From positions 1,917 through 65,916 of the forward strand of contig CAYROQ010000011.1 in NCBI GenBank assembly GCA_964425955.1: a DNA stretch of 64,000 nucleotides, written 5' to 3'. The translations under genes and the position numbers were made by a program. The notes beneath the pieces are model-generated. The model did no database searches. It saw nothing but the letters and a program-made list of their open reading frames with translations, and was not told where the DNA came from. Source of the stretch: an uncultured Sideroxydans sp. GTDB taxonomy: Bacteria > Pseudomonadota > Gammaproteobacteria > Burkholderiales > Gallionellaceae. Shown here in pieces: positions 29,096-39,147 of this stretch (positions are counted from its first letter, which is position 1; every line of letters starts with the position of its first letter).

Positions 29096-30043
29096 TCAGA
29101 TCAACAACGGTCTGAGAGTCGATGACAATATCGACGAGTCGAACTTGGGCACGTAGTAGTCCACACCTACCCGTTTACCCATTGCGCGATTCGCTTCCGA
29201 CGAAAGTGACGAGTGCATCACCACGGGAATTCCCTCGAATCGAGAATCCATCTTGATGTTCTGGGTCAACACATAGCCGTCCATTTCCGGCATTTCGGCA
29301 TCCGTCAGGATCACCTGTATCTGGTCATGCAGATTGATCCCGGCACTTTGTGCTGCTTCAGCCATCGCTCTCAGTCGCTCCCATGCTTCACGGCCATTGT
29401 TGGTCTGGATATGTTTAACGCCCATCTTGTCCAGTACCTCGACAATCTTACGGCGCGCGATCATCGAGTCATCCGCGAAAAAGACGCACAATTCATGTCC
29501 ATATTCCACCGGCTCTACATTGCCAACCAACGCCTCACCAAAGGCATCGGACAATATCTGCTCCACATCGAGGATCGAGACCAGCGTTCCGTCCGGCAAC
29601 TCGGTGATCGCGGTGATCAGTGCTCCTTTGTCCGAGAGCATGCCTTCGGTCGCGCGAACCTTGTCCCAGTCCACACGGATGATTCGATCAACTCCTTTGA
29701 CCAGAAATCCCAAAATGTGGGTGTTGTATTCAGCCACCAACATGGTCTGGTGCCGAACCGGCACCTCCATACCCATGAATCTGGCCAGATTCAGTACCGG
29801 AATCACGTGTCCGCGCAGACTCACTATTCCGTCCACCCCCCGCGGCATATTGGGCGTGCGGGTGATTTTGCCGGCATTGCACACTTCCTTAACCTTGAAC
29901 ACGTTGATACCGAATTTTTCCTCGCTGCCCAAACTGAATAGCAATATTTCCATCTTGTTGGTGCCGGCCAGATTGGTACGCGCATCGACCTGATCCAACA
30001 AACCGTCTTGGCTGGTGTTCAAAATTTCGTCTGTATAGGTCAT
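29096..30043 (-). CDS. cheV: CheV (CheW-like domain + receiver domain), copy 1
   Basis: 315 aa. An N-terminal CheW-like domain (MEILLFSLGSEEKFGINVFKVKEV) is joined to a C-terminal REC domain (VFFADDSMIARRKI...ILTDAEMPEMDG). Confidence 0.9.
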   Translation of the reverse strand: MTYTDEILNTSQDGLLDQVDARTNLAGTNKMEILLFSLGSEEKFGINVFKVKEVCNAGKITRTPNMPRGVDGIVSLRGHVIPVLNLARFMGMEVPVRHQTMLVAEYNTHILGFLVKGVDRIIRVDWDKVRATEGMLSDKGALITAITELPDGTLVSILDVEQILSDAFGEALVGNVEPVEYGHELCVFFADDSMIARRKIVEVLDKMGVKHIQTNNGREAWERLRAMAEAAQSAGINLHDQIQVILTDAEMPEMDGYVLTQNIKMDSRFEGIPVVMHSSLSSEANRAMGKRVGVDYYVPKFDSSILSSTLRPLLI

Positions 30044-30057
30044 ATGCTTCTCCTTGC

Positions 30058-31002
30058 TCAGGCCAACAGACGCGTCAGCGTCTCTGCCAATCTTTGCGGT
30101 TCGAACTTGGGTACGTATTCATCCACACCAACCGTTTTTCCCAGCTGCTGATTGGATGAACTGGATAAGGAGGAATGCATCAGTACGGGAATGCCGTTGA
30201 AACGTTTGTCCGCTTTGATCTTTCGCGTCAGCATGTAGCCATCCATTTCCGGCATCTCCACGTCGGTGAGGATCACCTGCACCAAATCTTTGAGCGGTGT
30301 GTGTGAAGAGTCCGCATATTCGGCCAGTTTGGAAAGCTCCAGCCAGGCTTGGCGGCCATTGATTGCGGCGATAGATTTCACGCCCATCGCATCCAGCGTG
30401 CGCTGGATCTGATGACGCGCCACTGTCGAGTCATCCGCAAAAAATACGGTACGGTTGTCTTTCCCGATATTTCTGACGGCTTTGAAAATCATGTCGTCCG
30501 TGCCAAAACGCGCCGTCTCCGCCAATACCTTTTCAACATCCATCATCATGACCAGACGCCCGTCTTTCAATTCCGTAATCGCCGTCACCAGCCCGCCCAG
30601 TTCCGCCACCAACATTGCCGGTGGGACGCGCATGGATGACCAGTCCAGACGCAGAATATTGTCAACGGCCTTGACCAGAAAACCCTGGGTATGTCCGTTA
30701 TATTCGGTGACGATCATGATCCCCGCTTTATCATCCGTCTGAATTCCGGCATATTTAGCCAGGTCGATCACCGGAACCAACACTCCGCGCAGACTGACCA
30801 TGCCTTCCACGGATTCCGGCATCTCGGGTGCACGCGTGATCTGTGGGATGCGCATCACCTCACGCACCTTGAACACGTTGATGCCGTAAGTCTCCTGTCT
30901 CCCGGTCCGGTTATCCAAACCGAGTGTGAACATGAGGATCTCCAGCTTGTTGGTGCCGGCCAGTTTGGTTCGTGCATCAATGTTTTTTAGCAAGTCAGAC
31001 AT
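30058..31002 (-). CDS. cheV: CheV (CheW-like domain + receiver domain), copy 2
   Basis: 314 aa with the same architecture as copy 1 (LEILMFTLG...YGINVFKVREV; VFFADDSTVARHQI...ILTDVEMPEMDG). Confidence 0.9.
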   Translation of the reverse strand: MSDLLKNIDARTKLAGTNKLEILMFTLGLDNRTGRQETYGINVFKVREVMRIPQITRAPEMPESVEGMVSLRGVLVPVIDLAKYAGIQTDDKAGIMIVTEYNGHTQGFLVKAVDNILRLDWSSMRVPPAMLVAELGGLVTAITELKDGRLVMMMDVEKVLAETARFGTDDMIFKAVRNIGKDNRTVFFADDSTVARHQIQRTLDAMGVKSIAAINGRQAWLELSKLAEYADSSHTPLKDLVQVILTDVEMPEMDGYMLTRKIKADKRFNGIPVLMHSSLSSSSNQQLGKTVGVDEYVPKFEPQRLAETLTRLLA

Positions 31003-31017
31003 GACTGTCCTCCAGAG

Positions 31018-32640
31018 TTACACTTTGAATCGGCCTACTGCCGTTTGCAATTCAGTGGCCAACTTATCCAGCAACATGATTCCCTGTTCGGATTGGGTAA
31101 TCGCCGTGTGGTTTGCCTCAGCCATTTGGGCAATACGCTCCACATTTTTGGCGATCTCGTTGCTCGCTTTGCTCTGCTCTTCCACCGCTGTTGCAATGTC
31201 ATTTACTCCCGACGCGGCATGTTCCACCGACTGCCCGGCCTGTCCCAGCACAACAGAAACTTCGTCTATATGGCGTTGTGTCGATTGCAAAGAACTAAGT
31301 CCATTCTGTACTGAGTGTTCGACTTGAGTTGATTGTTCTTCCAGAGTCTGGGTGATTCGGTCGATCTCGTTGGCCGATTGGGCGGATTTCTCCGCCAGCT
31401 TTCTCACCTCATCGGCGACTACGGCAAATCCGCGCCCCTGTTCACCGGCACGCGCAGCCTCAATCGCCGCATTCAATGCCAGCAGATTGGTCTGTTCCGC
31501 GATATCCTTAACCTGCTGGGTCATGCTCGCAATCGAATGCGCGCTTTCGATAAATTCGTTTACCGACTTGGCGATTTGGCTGACGGTACGTTCAATCTCC
31601 CTAATCTCAACGATCATCTCGCCGGTACTCTTGTTGCCTTCACGGGTGTGCAGCAGACTCTGTTCAGAAAGCTGCCTAACAGAGGCCGTGTTATCCGACA
31701 CCGAGTTGATACTGACGGTGACTTGCTCAACCGCCGCCGCCGTCGAAGCCGCCGCTTCGCTCTGCGCCAAAGAACTGCGTGTGATTTGTGACGAGGAGGC
31801 CGCCAGTTGTGTGGCCGTCCCGCTGACGCTGTCCGCGTTGTTGCGCACTTGAGCAACAACTTGCCGGAGATTGTCCATCAGCGAGTTGAACGCAACACCC
31901 GCCTGTGAGACCTCGTCGCTGCCGATTACGTTGACCGTTCGGGTCAGATCGCCATCCTCGACTGTGCGCCTCATCACATCCCGCATTTCACCGGTCGAAC
32001 GGGCGATTCCAATGATGATCGAGTAAGCCAATAGTGTGCCCCCAACCAAACCCAGCAGCAGGATCGTGGCCGAAACCGTGAGCAGGGTTGCAGCGACGTC
32101 GAGCCCATCGTCGTACAAATTTTTTGCTTCGCGTTCCTGCAGCTCAATCAATGCGTCAACCTGCACTTTAAGTTGCTCATACAACGGCCTGATACTTTGA
32201 CCTTGGATGAGTTTCATTCTTTCGATATCACGTTTCCCCATTGCAACCAAAGCGGGGTTTATCCCCTCCTCGACAAAACGCTGCCTGGTTTCGGCAAATT
32301 TCGCCGCGAGGACTTTCTCTTCTTCGGTCAGATAGGTTGCCATGTACGCTTCCCACAGCTTACTAATCTGATCCCGGTTGGCCTCGATCTCATAAATCAG
32401 GTTGGGAATTTCTTCCGGGTGAATTACCCCATTGGCGATTGCGAGCCGATTGCGCAAATTTTTTCTGGCGATGTCATTCAATTGCGCGACCGGAATCAGC
32501 CTGTCGTTATAGATCGAGCGCAAAGATTGGTTCGAGTGATTGGCGGTAACCACCCCCAACACACTGATAAAAACGGACAGCACCATCAATATCAGGACCA
32601 GTCCGATCAGCCTTGTTTTAATTGTCAAGTTACGCATCAT
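31018..32640 (-). CDS. Methyl-accepting chemotaxis protein with 4-helix-bundle-type periplasmic sensor
   Basis: I trimmed the start to the ATG at 32640 ([10 protein letters not shown]...) with a GGGAG Shine-Dalgarno, which removes the 38-nt overlap with the upstream MCP. The protein has two TM segments, a HAMP domain and the signalling hairpin [39 protein letters not shown]. Confidence 0.9.
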   Translation of the reverse strand: MMRNLTIKTRLIGLVLILMVLSVFISVLGVVTANHSNQSLRSIYNDRLIPVAQLNDIARKNLRNRLAIANGVIHPEEIPNLIYEIEANRDQISKLWEAYMATYLTEEEKVLAAKFAETRQRFVEEGINPALVAMGKRDIERMKLIQGQSIRPLYEQLKVQVDALIELQEREAKNLYDDGLDVAATLLTVSATILLLGLVGGTLLAYSIIIGIARSTGEMRDVMRRTVEDGDLTRTVNVIGSDEVSQAGVAFNSLMDNLRQVVAQVRNNADSVSGTATQLAASSSQITRSSLAQSEAAASTAAAVEQVTVSINSVSDNTASVRQLSEQSLLHTREGNKSTGEMIVEIREIERTVSQIAKSVNEFIESAHSIASMTQQVKDIAEQTNLLALNAAIEAARAGEQGRGFAVVADEVRKLAEKSAQSANEIDRITQTLEEQSTQVEHSVQNGLSSLQSTQRHIDEVSVVLGQAGQSVEHAASGVNDIATAVEEQSKASNEIAKNVERIAQMAEANHTAITQSEQGIMLLDKLATELQTAVGRFKV

Positions 32641-32683
32641 TCCAACTCCCGATCCAGATTTCGCAACCGTCGGGTTGCCATTT

Positions 32684-34324
32684 TTAAATTTTGAATTTCG
32701 CAACCGAGTTCTGAAGCTCATGGCCCATTCGGCTCAGTTCCGCGATATCGCGTGAAGACTGCTCGATCGCCGCATAGTTGCTTTCCGCCATCCGCGCTAT
32801 TCGTTCGACGTGCTGTGCAATGTCAGCGCTGGCCTTACCTTGCTCACTGACCGATTCGGCAATTTCAGCTACGCCCAGATTTGATTCTTTGACTGCCGAA
32901 CCGGCTTCCGTCAACACGGCGGACATCGCTTCCACATGTTTGTGTGTTGACAGCAATGACTGCTCACCCGATGCGATCGCCTGTTCCACTCTCGAGGATT
33001 TCTCATCCAGTTTGCTGGTCACTTTGTCGATCTCGCTGGCTGATTGGGCGGATTTCTCGGCAAGCTTCCTGACCTCGTCGGCCACCACGGCGAACCCACG
33101 ACCCTGCTCACCCGCCCGAGCCGCTTCGATTGCCGCATTCAATGCCAGAAGATTTGTCTGATCGGCGATGTCTTTTACTTGTTGAGTCATGCTGGCGATG
33201 GTGCGCGTGCTTTCCACGAATTCATTTGCAGCCAGCGCGATCTGTTGAACTGCACCTTCGATGCAACGGATCTCTTGCACCATCTCGGCAACACTACTGT
33301 TTCCCAGCTCGGTTTGCTTTAGGCTTTTTTCGGATAATTTCCGCACAATATGCGTGTTCTCGGAAACCGAATTGATGCTTGCCGTCACCTCCTCGACCAC
33401 TGATGCAGTCGAAATAGCGGCATCACTTTGGGCGCGCGAACTACTGGTTATGCCTGTAGACGTATCCGCGATATGTTTTGCCGTCTCATTCATTCGCTCT
33501 GAATTTGTCAGAACATTGCGAATAATCCCGGTGAAACTGTCGATTAATGCATTGAATGCCGCAGCCGTCTGACCGACCTCATCCTTACTCCGAATCTCCA
33601 CTCTTCGCGTCAGGTCTCCATCCGCTTGCATCGCCAGCATGGTTTGCTGCAATTCACGCGTGGGGAGCGTCACCTGGTTGATCAGCCAGCCGATAACAAA
33701 AAACAACATCACCTGTATGAGCAGTTGACCGCCCCAAAGCAGGGCACTGGCTTTTTGCATAGCCTGATATTCGGCCGTTATATCCAGTGTCACACTGACT
33801 GCTCCAATCACCGCGCCATCGGGTACCGAGTGGCATTGAAGACAGTTAGTACCTGTCCCGCGAAAGTCTTTTGCAGCTGCAAATGGCTCGACTACACGCA
33901 GCAGATGTTTGCCATTTATTTCTGTTGCTTTACTTTGTTGCTGTCCGGATTGCAGAGCCATCCTGTCCAGTTCATCTTGCGCCTGGGCCTCTTTATCGCC
34001 TTCACCATACTGTTGCTGAATGGACAGGCCGCGGATCAATCTCAATTCGTTCGCGTTGCTTGAAACGGCCATCTTCTTCACAAATATTCGTCGCTGTTCA
34101 GCATCACTGATTGTTCCGTTCAGCATCATCATGTTCAATCCGTTGAAAACTCCGTCAGCCGGTATAGCAGCCCGATTTATTGCATCTTCCAGAACTCTTA
34201 CTTCGTATTGCTGGAAGGCCCAACGCTGGGCAAAAACCAGTACCACAAGCAGCAATACCTGAATCGGAATCTGCAACTTGTTTTTTATTGACAGTTCACT
34301 CCACCACTTGCTCATTTTGATCAC
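32684..34324 (-). CDS. Methyl-accepting chemotaxis protein with periplasmic CxxCH (putative haem-c, DUF3365/Tll0287-like) sensor domain
   Basis: 546 aa. TM1 lies at aa ~17-33 and TM2 at ~195-217, with [17 protein letters not shown] between them. HAMP and MA domains follow. The start could instead be MSKWW at 34315. Confidence 0.88.
   Translation of the reverse strand: MIKMSKWWSELSIKNKLQIPIQVLLLVVLVFAQRWAFQQYEVRVLEDAINRAAIPADGVFNGLNMMMLNGTISDAEQRRIFVKKMAVSSNANELRLIRGLSIQQQYGEGDKEAQAQDELDRMALQSGQQQSKATEINGKHLLRVVEPFAAAKDFRGTGTNCLQCHSVPDGAVIGAVSVTLDITAEYQAMQKASALLWGGQLLIQVMLFFVIGWLINQVTLPTRELQQTMLAMQADGDLTRRVEIRSKDEVGQTAAAFNALIDSFTGIIRNVLTNSERMNETAKHIADTSTGITSSSRAQSDAAISTASVVEEVTASINSVSENTHIVRKLSEKSLKQTELGNSSVAEMVQEIRCIEGAVQQIALAANEFVESTRTIASMTQQVKDIADQTNLLALNAAIEAARAGEQGRGFAVVADEVRKLAEKSAQSASEIDKVTSKLDEKSSRVEQAIASGEQSLLSTHKHVEAMSAVLTEAGSAVKESNLGVAEIAESVSEQGKASADIAQHVERIARMAESNYAAIEQSSRDIAELSRMGHELQNSVAKFKI
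33830..33844 (-). other. CLQCH haem-c attachment motif in the periplasmic domain of the MCP
   Basis: The reverse complement of 33830..33844 is TGTCTTCAATGCCAC, which encodes C-L-Q-C-H (aa 161-165). Confidence 0.8.
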
Positions 34325-34348
34325 CTCATTGTTCGGTTCTCTTATCGT

Positions 34349-35974
34349 TCAGACTTTAAATCTGCCGACCGTCTTGCTCAGATTCTCCGACAACGTCTCC
34401 ATAGATTTGACTGCCGCCACGGTGCGTTTGACAACGGTATTTCCCTGACTGGCCATCGTTGCAATCTGATCAACATTCCGTGCGATCTCTTGTGTCGAAT
34501 CACGCTGTTTGTTGACGGATTGCGATATCTCTTCCAAACCATGATTGACTTTTTCAACCGATGCGTTTGCTTCAGTCAGGACACCCGCAACTTCTTTTAT
34601 GTGCTCCTGACTGCTTTGCAATGCAACCAGCCCCCGCTGCACGGTTCGTTCTACTTGACTGGACTGCCCTCCCAACAACTGTGTGACCTCATCAATCTGT
34701 GAAGCGGAGTGTGCAGATTTTTCGGCCAATTTGCGCACTTCATCCGCCACCACTGCAAAGCCTCGGCCCTGCTCACCCGCACGAGCGGCCTCGATGGCGG
34801 CATTCAAGGCTAGGAGGTTGGTTTGTTCCGCAATATCGCGTACCTGCTGGGTCATACTTGTAATGCTTTGGGTGTTGTTTACAAATTCACCTACCGCTGT
34901 TGCGATCTCCTTTACTGCGATTTCCACACGTTCAATCTCCTGCACCATCTCCTGCAAACTCGCCTGACCACGATTGGCGCGTTCAAGTGTTTCCGCCGAT
35001 AGTCTTGCGACTCTATCCGCGCTATCCGCAACCATCGCCCCGCTGCTGCTAACTTGTTCAACCGTGCCTGATGTTATGTTCGCGGTATCAGATTGTTTCT
35101 GCGAGCCCAGCGAAAGTTCTTCAGCGTCAAGGGCAAGCGAATGCGCCGCGCTGGCAACATGCTTGGCATGCCCCTCCACTTGACTGACAATCACCTGGAA
35201 ACTATTGGCCAGATCATTGAACGATCGTGCTGTCTTGCCGATCTCATCCTGACTCCTGACCAGAACGCGCTTGGAAAGATCGCCGTCCGCCTGCATCGCC
35301 TGCATCACTTTTTGCAATTCCTGTGTGGGACGTATGACCAGGCTGATCAACCATCCGATCAGGAAATACAGGATCACTTGCACACCGATCTGTGCCGTCC
35401 AGAGAATGACGTTGGCGCGATTCATTACTGCAAACTCTTCGGTGATGTCCACTGTGATACTCGCCGCCCCATTCACTGTCCCCTCGGGGACGGTATGGCA
35501 CATCAGACAGTTGGTACCTCTGAAATTCTTTTGCGCAATGAAGGGAACCACGACACGCAACGAGTTCTTGCCATTGGATGCCAATAATCTGGTTTGCTCT
35601 TTTCCGGAGGACAACGCCAGGCGATCCAAATCATCCTTAGCCTGCTCAGTCGGTAATCCCGGGCCGAATTGATCTTGTACCGGTTTGTTTCTGATCACTC
35701 TAAGGTCGATTACATGATCTGAAGCACCCATCTTGTCCACGTACAGTTTGCGCTGGTCTGCATCGCTGATGATGCCGTTGAGCATCAGCATGTTGAGGCC
35801 GTTTAATACGCCATCCGCCGACACCACCGCTTTTTGGCGCGCTTCTTCCAATACCCGCTCCTCGAACTTGTCCAGAGCTGTACGCTGAGCCATGATCATG
35901 ATCACCAGCAAAATAAACTGGATCGGAAATTGCAGCTTGTTCTTTAGCGAAAGTTTGCTCCACCAATCATTCAT
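34349..35974 (-). CDS. Methyl-accepting chemotaxis protein with periplasmic CxxCH (putative haem-c) sensor domain, paralogue of 32684..34324
   Basis: 541 aa with the same layout as its paralogue. [16 protein letters not shown] lies between the two TM helices. The N-terminus [19 protein letters not shown] parallels [19 protein letters not shown]. Confidence 0.9.
   Translation of the reverse strand: MNDWWSKLSLKNKLQFPIQFILLVIMIMAQRTALDKFEERVLEEARQKAVVSADGVLNGLNMLMLNGIISDADQRKLYVDKMGASDHVIDLRVIRNKPVQDQFGPGLPTEQAKDDLDRLALSSGKEQTRLLASNGKNSLRVVVPFIAQKNFRGTNCLMCHTVPEGTVNGAASITVDITEEFAVMNRANVILWTAQIGVQVILYFLIGWLISLVIRPTQELQKVMQAMQADGDLSKRVLVRSQDEIGKTARSFNDLANSFQVIVSQVEGHAKHVASAAHSLALDAEELSLGSQKQSDTANITSGTVEQVSSSGAMVADSADRVARLSAETLERANRGQASLQEMVQEIERVEIAVKEIATAVGEFVNNTQSITSMTQQVRDIAEQTNLLALNAAIEAARAGEQGRGFAVVADEVRKLAEKSAHSASQIDEVTQLLGGQSSQVERTVQRGLVALQSSQEHIKEVAGVLTEANASVEKVNHGLEEISQSVNKQRDSTQEIARNVDQIATMASQGNTVVKRTVAAVKSMETLSENLSKTVGRFKV
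35495..35509 (-). other. CLMCH haem-c attachment motif in the periplasmic domain of the MCP
   Basis: The reverse complement of 35495..35509 is TGTCTGATGTGCCAT, which encodes C-L-M-C-H (aa 156-160). Confidence 0.8.
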
Positions 35975-36027
35975 GATCTTCCCCTGTCCGGTGTTGTTGC
36001 ATAAAAATAATTCCCTCGGCTATGTTC

Positions 36028-36054
36028 ATTTCGGCATGGCAATGTTGTTCTTTA
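36028..36054 (-). promoter_or_regulatory. Candidate sigma28 (FliA) promoter for the MCP/che genes, overlapping the motB stop codon
   Basis: The minus strand reads TAAAGAAC-N11-GCCGAAAT, against the consensus TAAAGTTT-N11-GCCGATAA. It lies about 55 nt upstream of the MCP ATG at 35974. Confidence 0.5.
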
Positions 36055-37062
36055 ATGCCCGGTCGGCTGGGCAACTGGTTGGGCAACCTGCTGGACAGCT
36101 GCATCATTCGTCGCTGCCGGAACGCCGGAAGCGCCAAGCGCTTCTCCCACATCACCATTCTCTGCATCAATTTGCACAGTCCCTCCATCCTGCTGCGCTG
36201 CCTCTTCCGCTTTTTTGTTCATTACGATGATGCTGATACGGCGATTGATCGGATTTTGCGGCTGCTCCTTGTCGAACAGCACGGCGGATGACAGTCCGAC
36301 TACTCGAACGATTTTTTCGTCGCCTAAACCTCCCACAATCAGCTCGCGGCGAGAGGCGTTGGCACGGTCTGCGGACAACTCCCAATTGCTGTAGCGTCCT
36401 CCTGCGGTGACATATGCCTGTGCATCGGTGTGCCCCGACAGGCTGATTTTGTTGGGCATCTCATTCAGCATCTTGCCGATTTCCCGCAAAATATCGCGCG
36501 TGTAATCTTCCAACTTCGCACTGCCGCTCTGGAACATCGGGCGGTTCTTTTCATCCACGATTTGAATGCGCAATCCTTCAGTGGTCAGATCCAAAAGAAT
36601 CTGTTTTTTGAATTGCTGGAGTTTTTTGTTGTTCTCGATCGAGGCTTCGATGGTCTTTTTCAATTCCCTCAGATGATCGATTTCTTTTTTGGCTTCCAAG
36701 CGCAGAAATTCTTCATTGGCCGCCTTCAGGTTGATGGTTTTCTTTTCCGAAGGCAGCTCCCCCTCCTTGACCTGACCTTCGGTACGCGTAAGATCTTTAC
36801 CGCCTCCCTTGATGATGCTGGAACTGTCACCGCTACCTGAACCGCCCATCAGAGCGACTTTCAATGGCGTTTTAAAATATTCTGCAATTCCCTGCAGGTC
36901 ACCTTTGGCAGTCGAACCCAACAACCACATGAGTAAAAAGAACGCCATCATCGCTGTCACAAAGTCCGCATAGGCGATCTTCCACGCGCCTCCGTGATGC
37001 CCCCCGGCCACCTTTTTGATGCGCTTGATTACGATGGGGCGCTTGTTTTTGTCGTCAGCCAT
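36052..37062 (-). CDS. motB: Flagellar stator protein MotB
   Basis: 336 aa. The N-terminus contains HHGGAWKIAYADFVTAMMAFFLLMWL with the conserved plug/TM Asp. The OmpA-like C-terminal part reads SGHTD...SNWELSADRANASRREL. Confidence 0.93.
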   Translation of the reverse strand: MADDKNKRPIVIKRIKKVAGGHHGGAWKIAYADFVTAMMAFFLLMWLLGSTAKGDLQGIAEYFKTPLKVALMGGSGSGDSSSIIKGGGKDLTRTEGQVKEGELPSEKKTINLKAANEEFLRLEAKKEIDHLRELKKTIEASIENNKKLQQFKKQILLDLTTEGLRIQIVDEKNRPMFQSGSAKLEDYTRDILREIGKMLNEMPNKISLSGHTDAQAYVTAGGRYSNWELSADRANASRRELIVGGLGDEKIVRVVGLSSAVLFDKEQPQNPINRRISIIVMNKKAEEAAQQDGGTVQIDAENGDVGEALGASGVPAATNDAAVQQVAQPVAQPTGH

Positions 37063-37082
37063 GACTCAACGATTTCTATTTT

Positions 37083-37937
37083 TTAACGTTTTTGTTTGAC
37101 GTGTTCTTCCAGTTCGGCGAAGCCCGGGCGATCGGTCGAGTTCAGCACCTTGCGCCCAAACTCCACGGCCATCGCCGGTGCATATCCGTTGAGATTGGCG
37201 AGCAACACGACTTTGACCGCCTGGAACATCTTGCTGCCTTCCTCGGCTTTCTGTTCCAGTGTCGCTGCAAGAGGCCCGACGAAACCGTATGCCAGCAATA
37301 TCCCAAGAAATGTTCCAACCAGTGCATGAGCAATCAATATTCCAAGTTCCGCAGGAGGAATGCCGACAGACTCCATAGTATGAACAACGCCCATCACCGC
37401 AGCGACGATACCGAATGCCGGCATACCATCCCCCAGCTTGGCTATAACGTGTGATGAAACCATTGCTTCGTGGTGATGCGTTTCGATCTCGAGATCCATC
37501 AGGTTCTCGATCTCCATCGCGTTGAGATTTCCACTCACCATGATCCGCAAATAATCGGTGATGAACTCGACCACATGGTGGTCTGAAAGTATCTTGGGGT
37601 ACTTGCTGAAGATCGGGCTGTCTTCGGGCTTCTCAACATCACCCTCAATGGACATCATGCCTTCCTTGCGCACTTTGCCCAGCAGTTCGTACATGAGTGC
37701 CATCAGCTCCATGTAAGTTTCTTTGCTGTATTTGGCACCTTTAAATACATTTGGCAGGTCTTTGAATGTCGCTTTGACCGCCTTCATGGTATTTCCCACT
37801 AACAGTGCACCCATGGCTCCACCGCCAATCATCAACACCTCAACCGGCTGCCAAAGGCCACCCAGGTGCCCCCCGGCTATAGCGTATCCACCGAACACCG
37901 AACCCAGAACCACAATATAGCCAACGATCACTAACAT
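37083..37937 (-). CDS. motA: Flagellar stator protein MotA
   Basis: 284 aa with four TM helices. The sequence PAFGIVAAVMGVVHTM...LGILIAHALVGTFLGILLAYGFVGP is typical of MotA/TolQ/ExbB-type MotA. Confidence 0.93.
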   Translation of the reverse strand: MLVIVGYIVVLGSVFGGYAIAGGHLGGLWQPVEVLMIGGGAMGALLVGNTMKAVKATFKDLPNVFKGAKYSKETYMELMALMYELLGKVRKEGMMSIEGDVEKPEDSPIFSKYPKILSDHHVVEFITDYLRIMVSGNLNAMEIENLMDLEIETHHHEAMVSSHVIAKLGDGMPAFGIVAAVMGVVHTMESVGIPPAELGILIAHALVGTFLGILLAYGFVGPLAATLEQKAEEGSKMFQAVKVVLLANLNGYAPAMAVEFGRKVLNSTDRPGFAELEEHVKQKR

Positions 37938-38116
37938 GATTCACCCCGTCGCTTTTGCATTTGAAATTGCACCACTGAATCCTATCAGCCAAAAAATTCG
38001 TTCATCCCACGAACAACTGGATATTTCCATGACTTTTCATGTTCTGTATCCGGTAACGAAAAAGCCGCCACTCCTGAGATAACTCTTCAGTAGTAGCGGC
38101 GGCGGCAATTCTTTCT

Positions 38117-38662
38117 TTAGGCGGCAGCGAGTTCGGCCAATGCTGCTTTCTTGGTTTTTCCTGCACGCGAGGGAGGGCGGCAAATTCCGCAGATATACTC
38201 GTCATAGAGTTCATTGGTATGTATAACGAACTGTCCGCCGCAATCCTTGCAGGTAGTAAGTTGCAACATGCCCGCATCAAAAAAACGTATCAGAAACCAA
38301 GCCCGGGTAACACTCAGTACCGGTTCACCGCCGCTCACTTCGATCTGTTCAAGGTACAAACGATAACTCTTGATCAGTGCTTCTACGCCAAGCAGATTGG
38401 CGTTCTTCAATAAATATTGGTGTACGCCCATGAACAGGGATGAGTGGATGTTCGGTAGCCAACTCATAAACCAGTCCGTTGAATAGGGCAACATGCCTTT
38501 TGATGGAGATTCGCCCTTGACTTCCTTATAGAGTCGCAGGAGCCGCTCACGACTGAGATGAGTCTCTTCCTGCAACAGCTGCAAGCGAGCACCCAATTCG
38601 ATCAGTTCTACTGCGATTTGAATCTCGCGCGCCTCGTTCACCACACTCGTGTTTCGCATCAT
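38117..38662 (-). CDS. flhC: Flagellar master regulator subunit FlhC
   Basis: 181 aa. The sequence EIQIAVELIELGARLQLLQEETHLSRERLLRLYKEVKG is followed by the zinc cluster C..C(GG)...CGIC in the C-terminal part. Confidence 0.9.
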   Translation of the reverse strand: MMRNTSVVNEAREIQIAVELIELGARLQLLQEETHLSRERLLRLYKEVKGESPSKGMLPYSTDWFMSWLPNIHSSLFMGVHQYLLKNANLLGVEALIKSYRLYLEQIEVSGGEPVLSVTRAWFLIRFFDAGMLQLTTCKDCGGQFVIHTNELYDEYICGICRPPSRAGKTKKAALAELAAA

Positions 38663-38671
38663 CGTCTCCGG

Positions 38672-38992
38672 CTATGCGGCGAGCAATTCTGCAGGCTGAC
38701 CGGCCATCAGAATGGTGGTATGTGTCTGAGACATCATGCGGTCTTTGTTGTAATCGGTGATCATGTTCAACAGCAACCGTTCATCAAAACGGAATCTGCA
38801 CAGAAGCATATTGGATGCTGCCATCTTTAACATCTGCGCCGGTGAAAGGCCTACGATCAATTCGGCCAACTCATCACTGACTCCCAAACGAAAGATCGCA
38901 CTTGCTTTGTCGTCCCTGATCATTTGTTGAGCCAGCATCATGTATGAGAGATTGGTTTCCTTGATTTCTTCGTGAATTTGATTGGTGTTCAT
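38672..38992 (-). CDS. flhD: Flagellar master regulator subunit FlhD
   Basis: I trimmed the start to the ATG at 38992 (MNTNQIHEEIKETNLSYMMLAQQMI...). The sequence FRLGVSDELAELIVGLSPAQMLKMAASNMLLCRFRFD is FlhD-like. Confidence 0.88.
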   Translation of the reverse strand: MNTNQIHEEIKETNLSYMMLAQQMIRDDKASAIFRLGVSDELAELIVGLSPAQMLKMAASNMLLCRFRFDERLLLNMITDYNKDRMMSQTHTTILMAGQPAELLAA

Positions 38993-39107
38993 TTCAGCCC
39001 CCTCGCTTAAACAGTTTGGTGTCTCATTTCGACGGTCGCATTTTGCGAGAGGTAGGTGCATAAGAAAATCGGTGATTTTCTGATATTCATGTAGGGAAAA
39101 AACCTAC

Positions 39108-39147
39108 AAAAAAATGAGCCGCTCCTGTATGCAAGCAGGAACGGCTC
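39108..39147 (-). terminator. Putative rho-independent terminator downstream of the 39299..40924 gene, inside the flhD upstream region
   Basis: The minus strand has the hairpin GAGCCGTTCCTG-N8-CAGGAGCGGCTC (one mismatch), followed by ATTTTTTT. Confidence 0.55.

Noticed and set aside
37938-38116. A sigma28 promoter upstream of motA (GCTGATAG resembles the -10 box GCCGATAA).
   Set aside because: No TAAAG-type -35 element lies at the required 11-nt spacing. Only a weak hairpin plus T5 follows flhC. Evidence is insufficient to annotate either a promoter or a terminator here.
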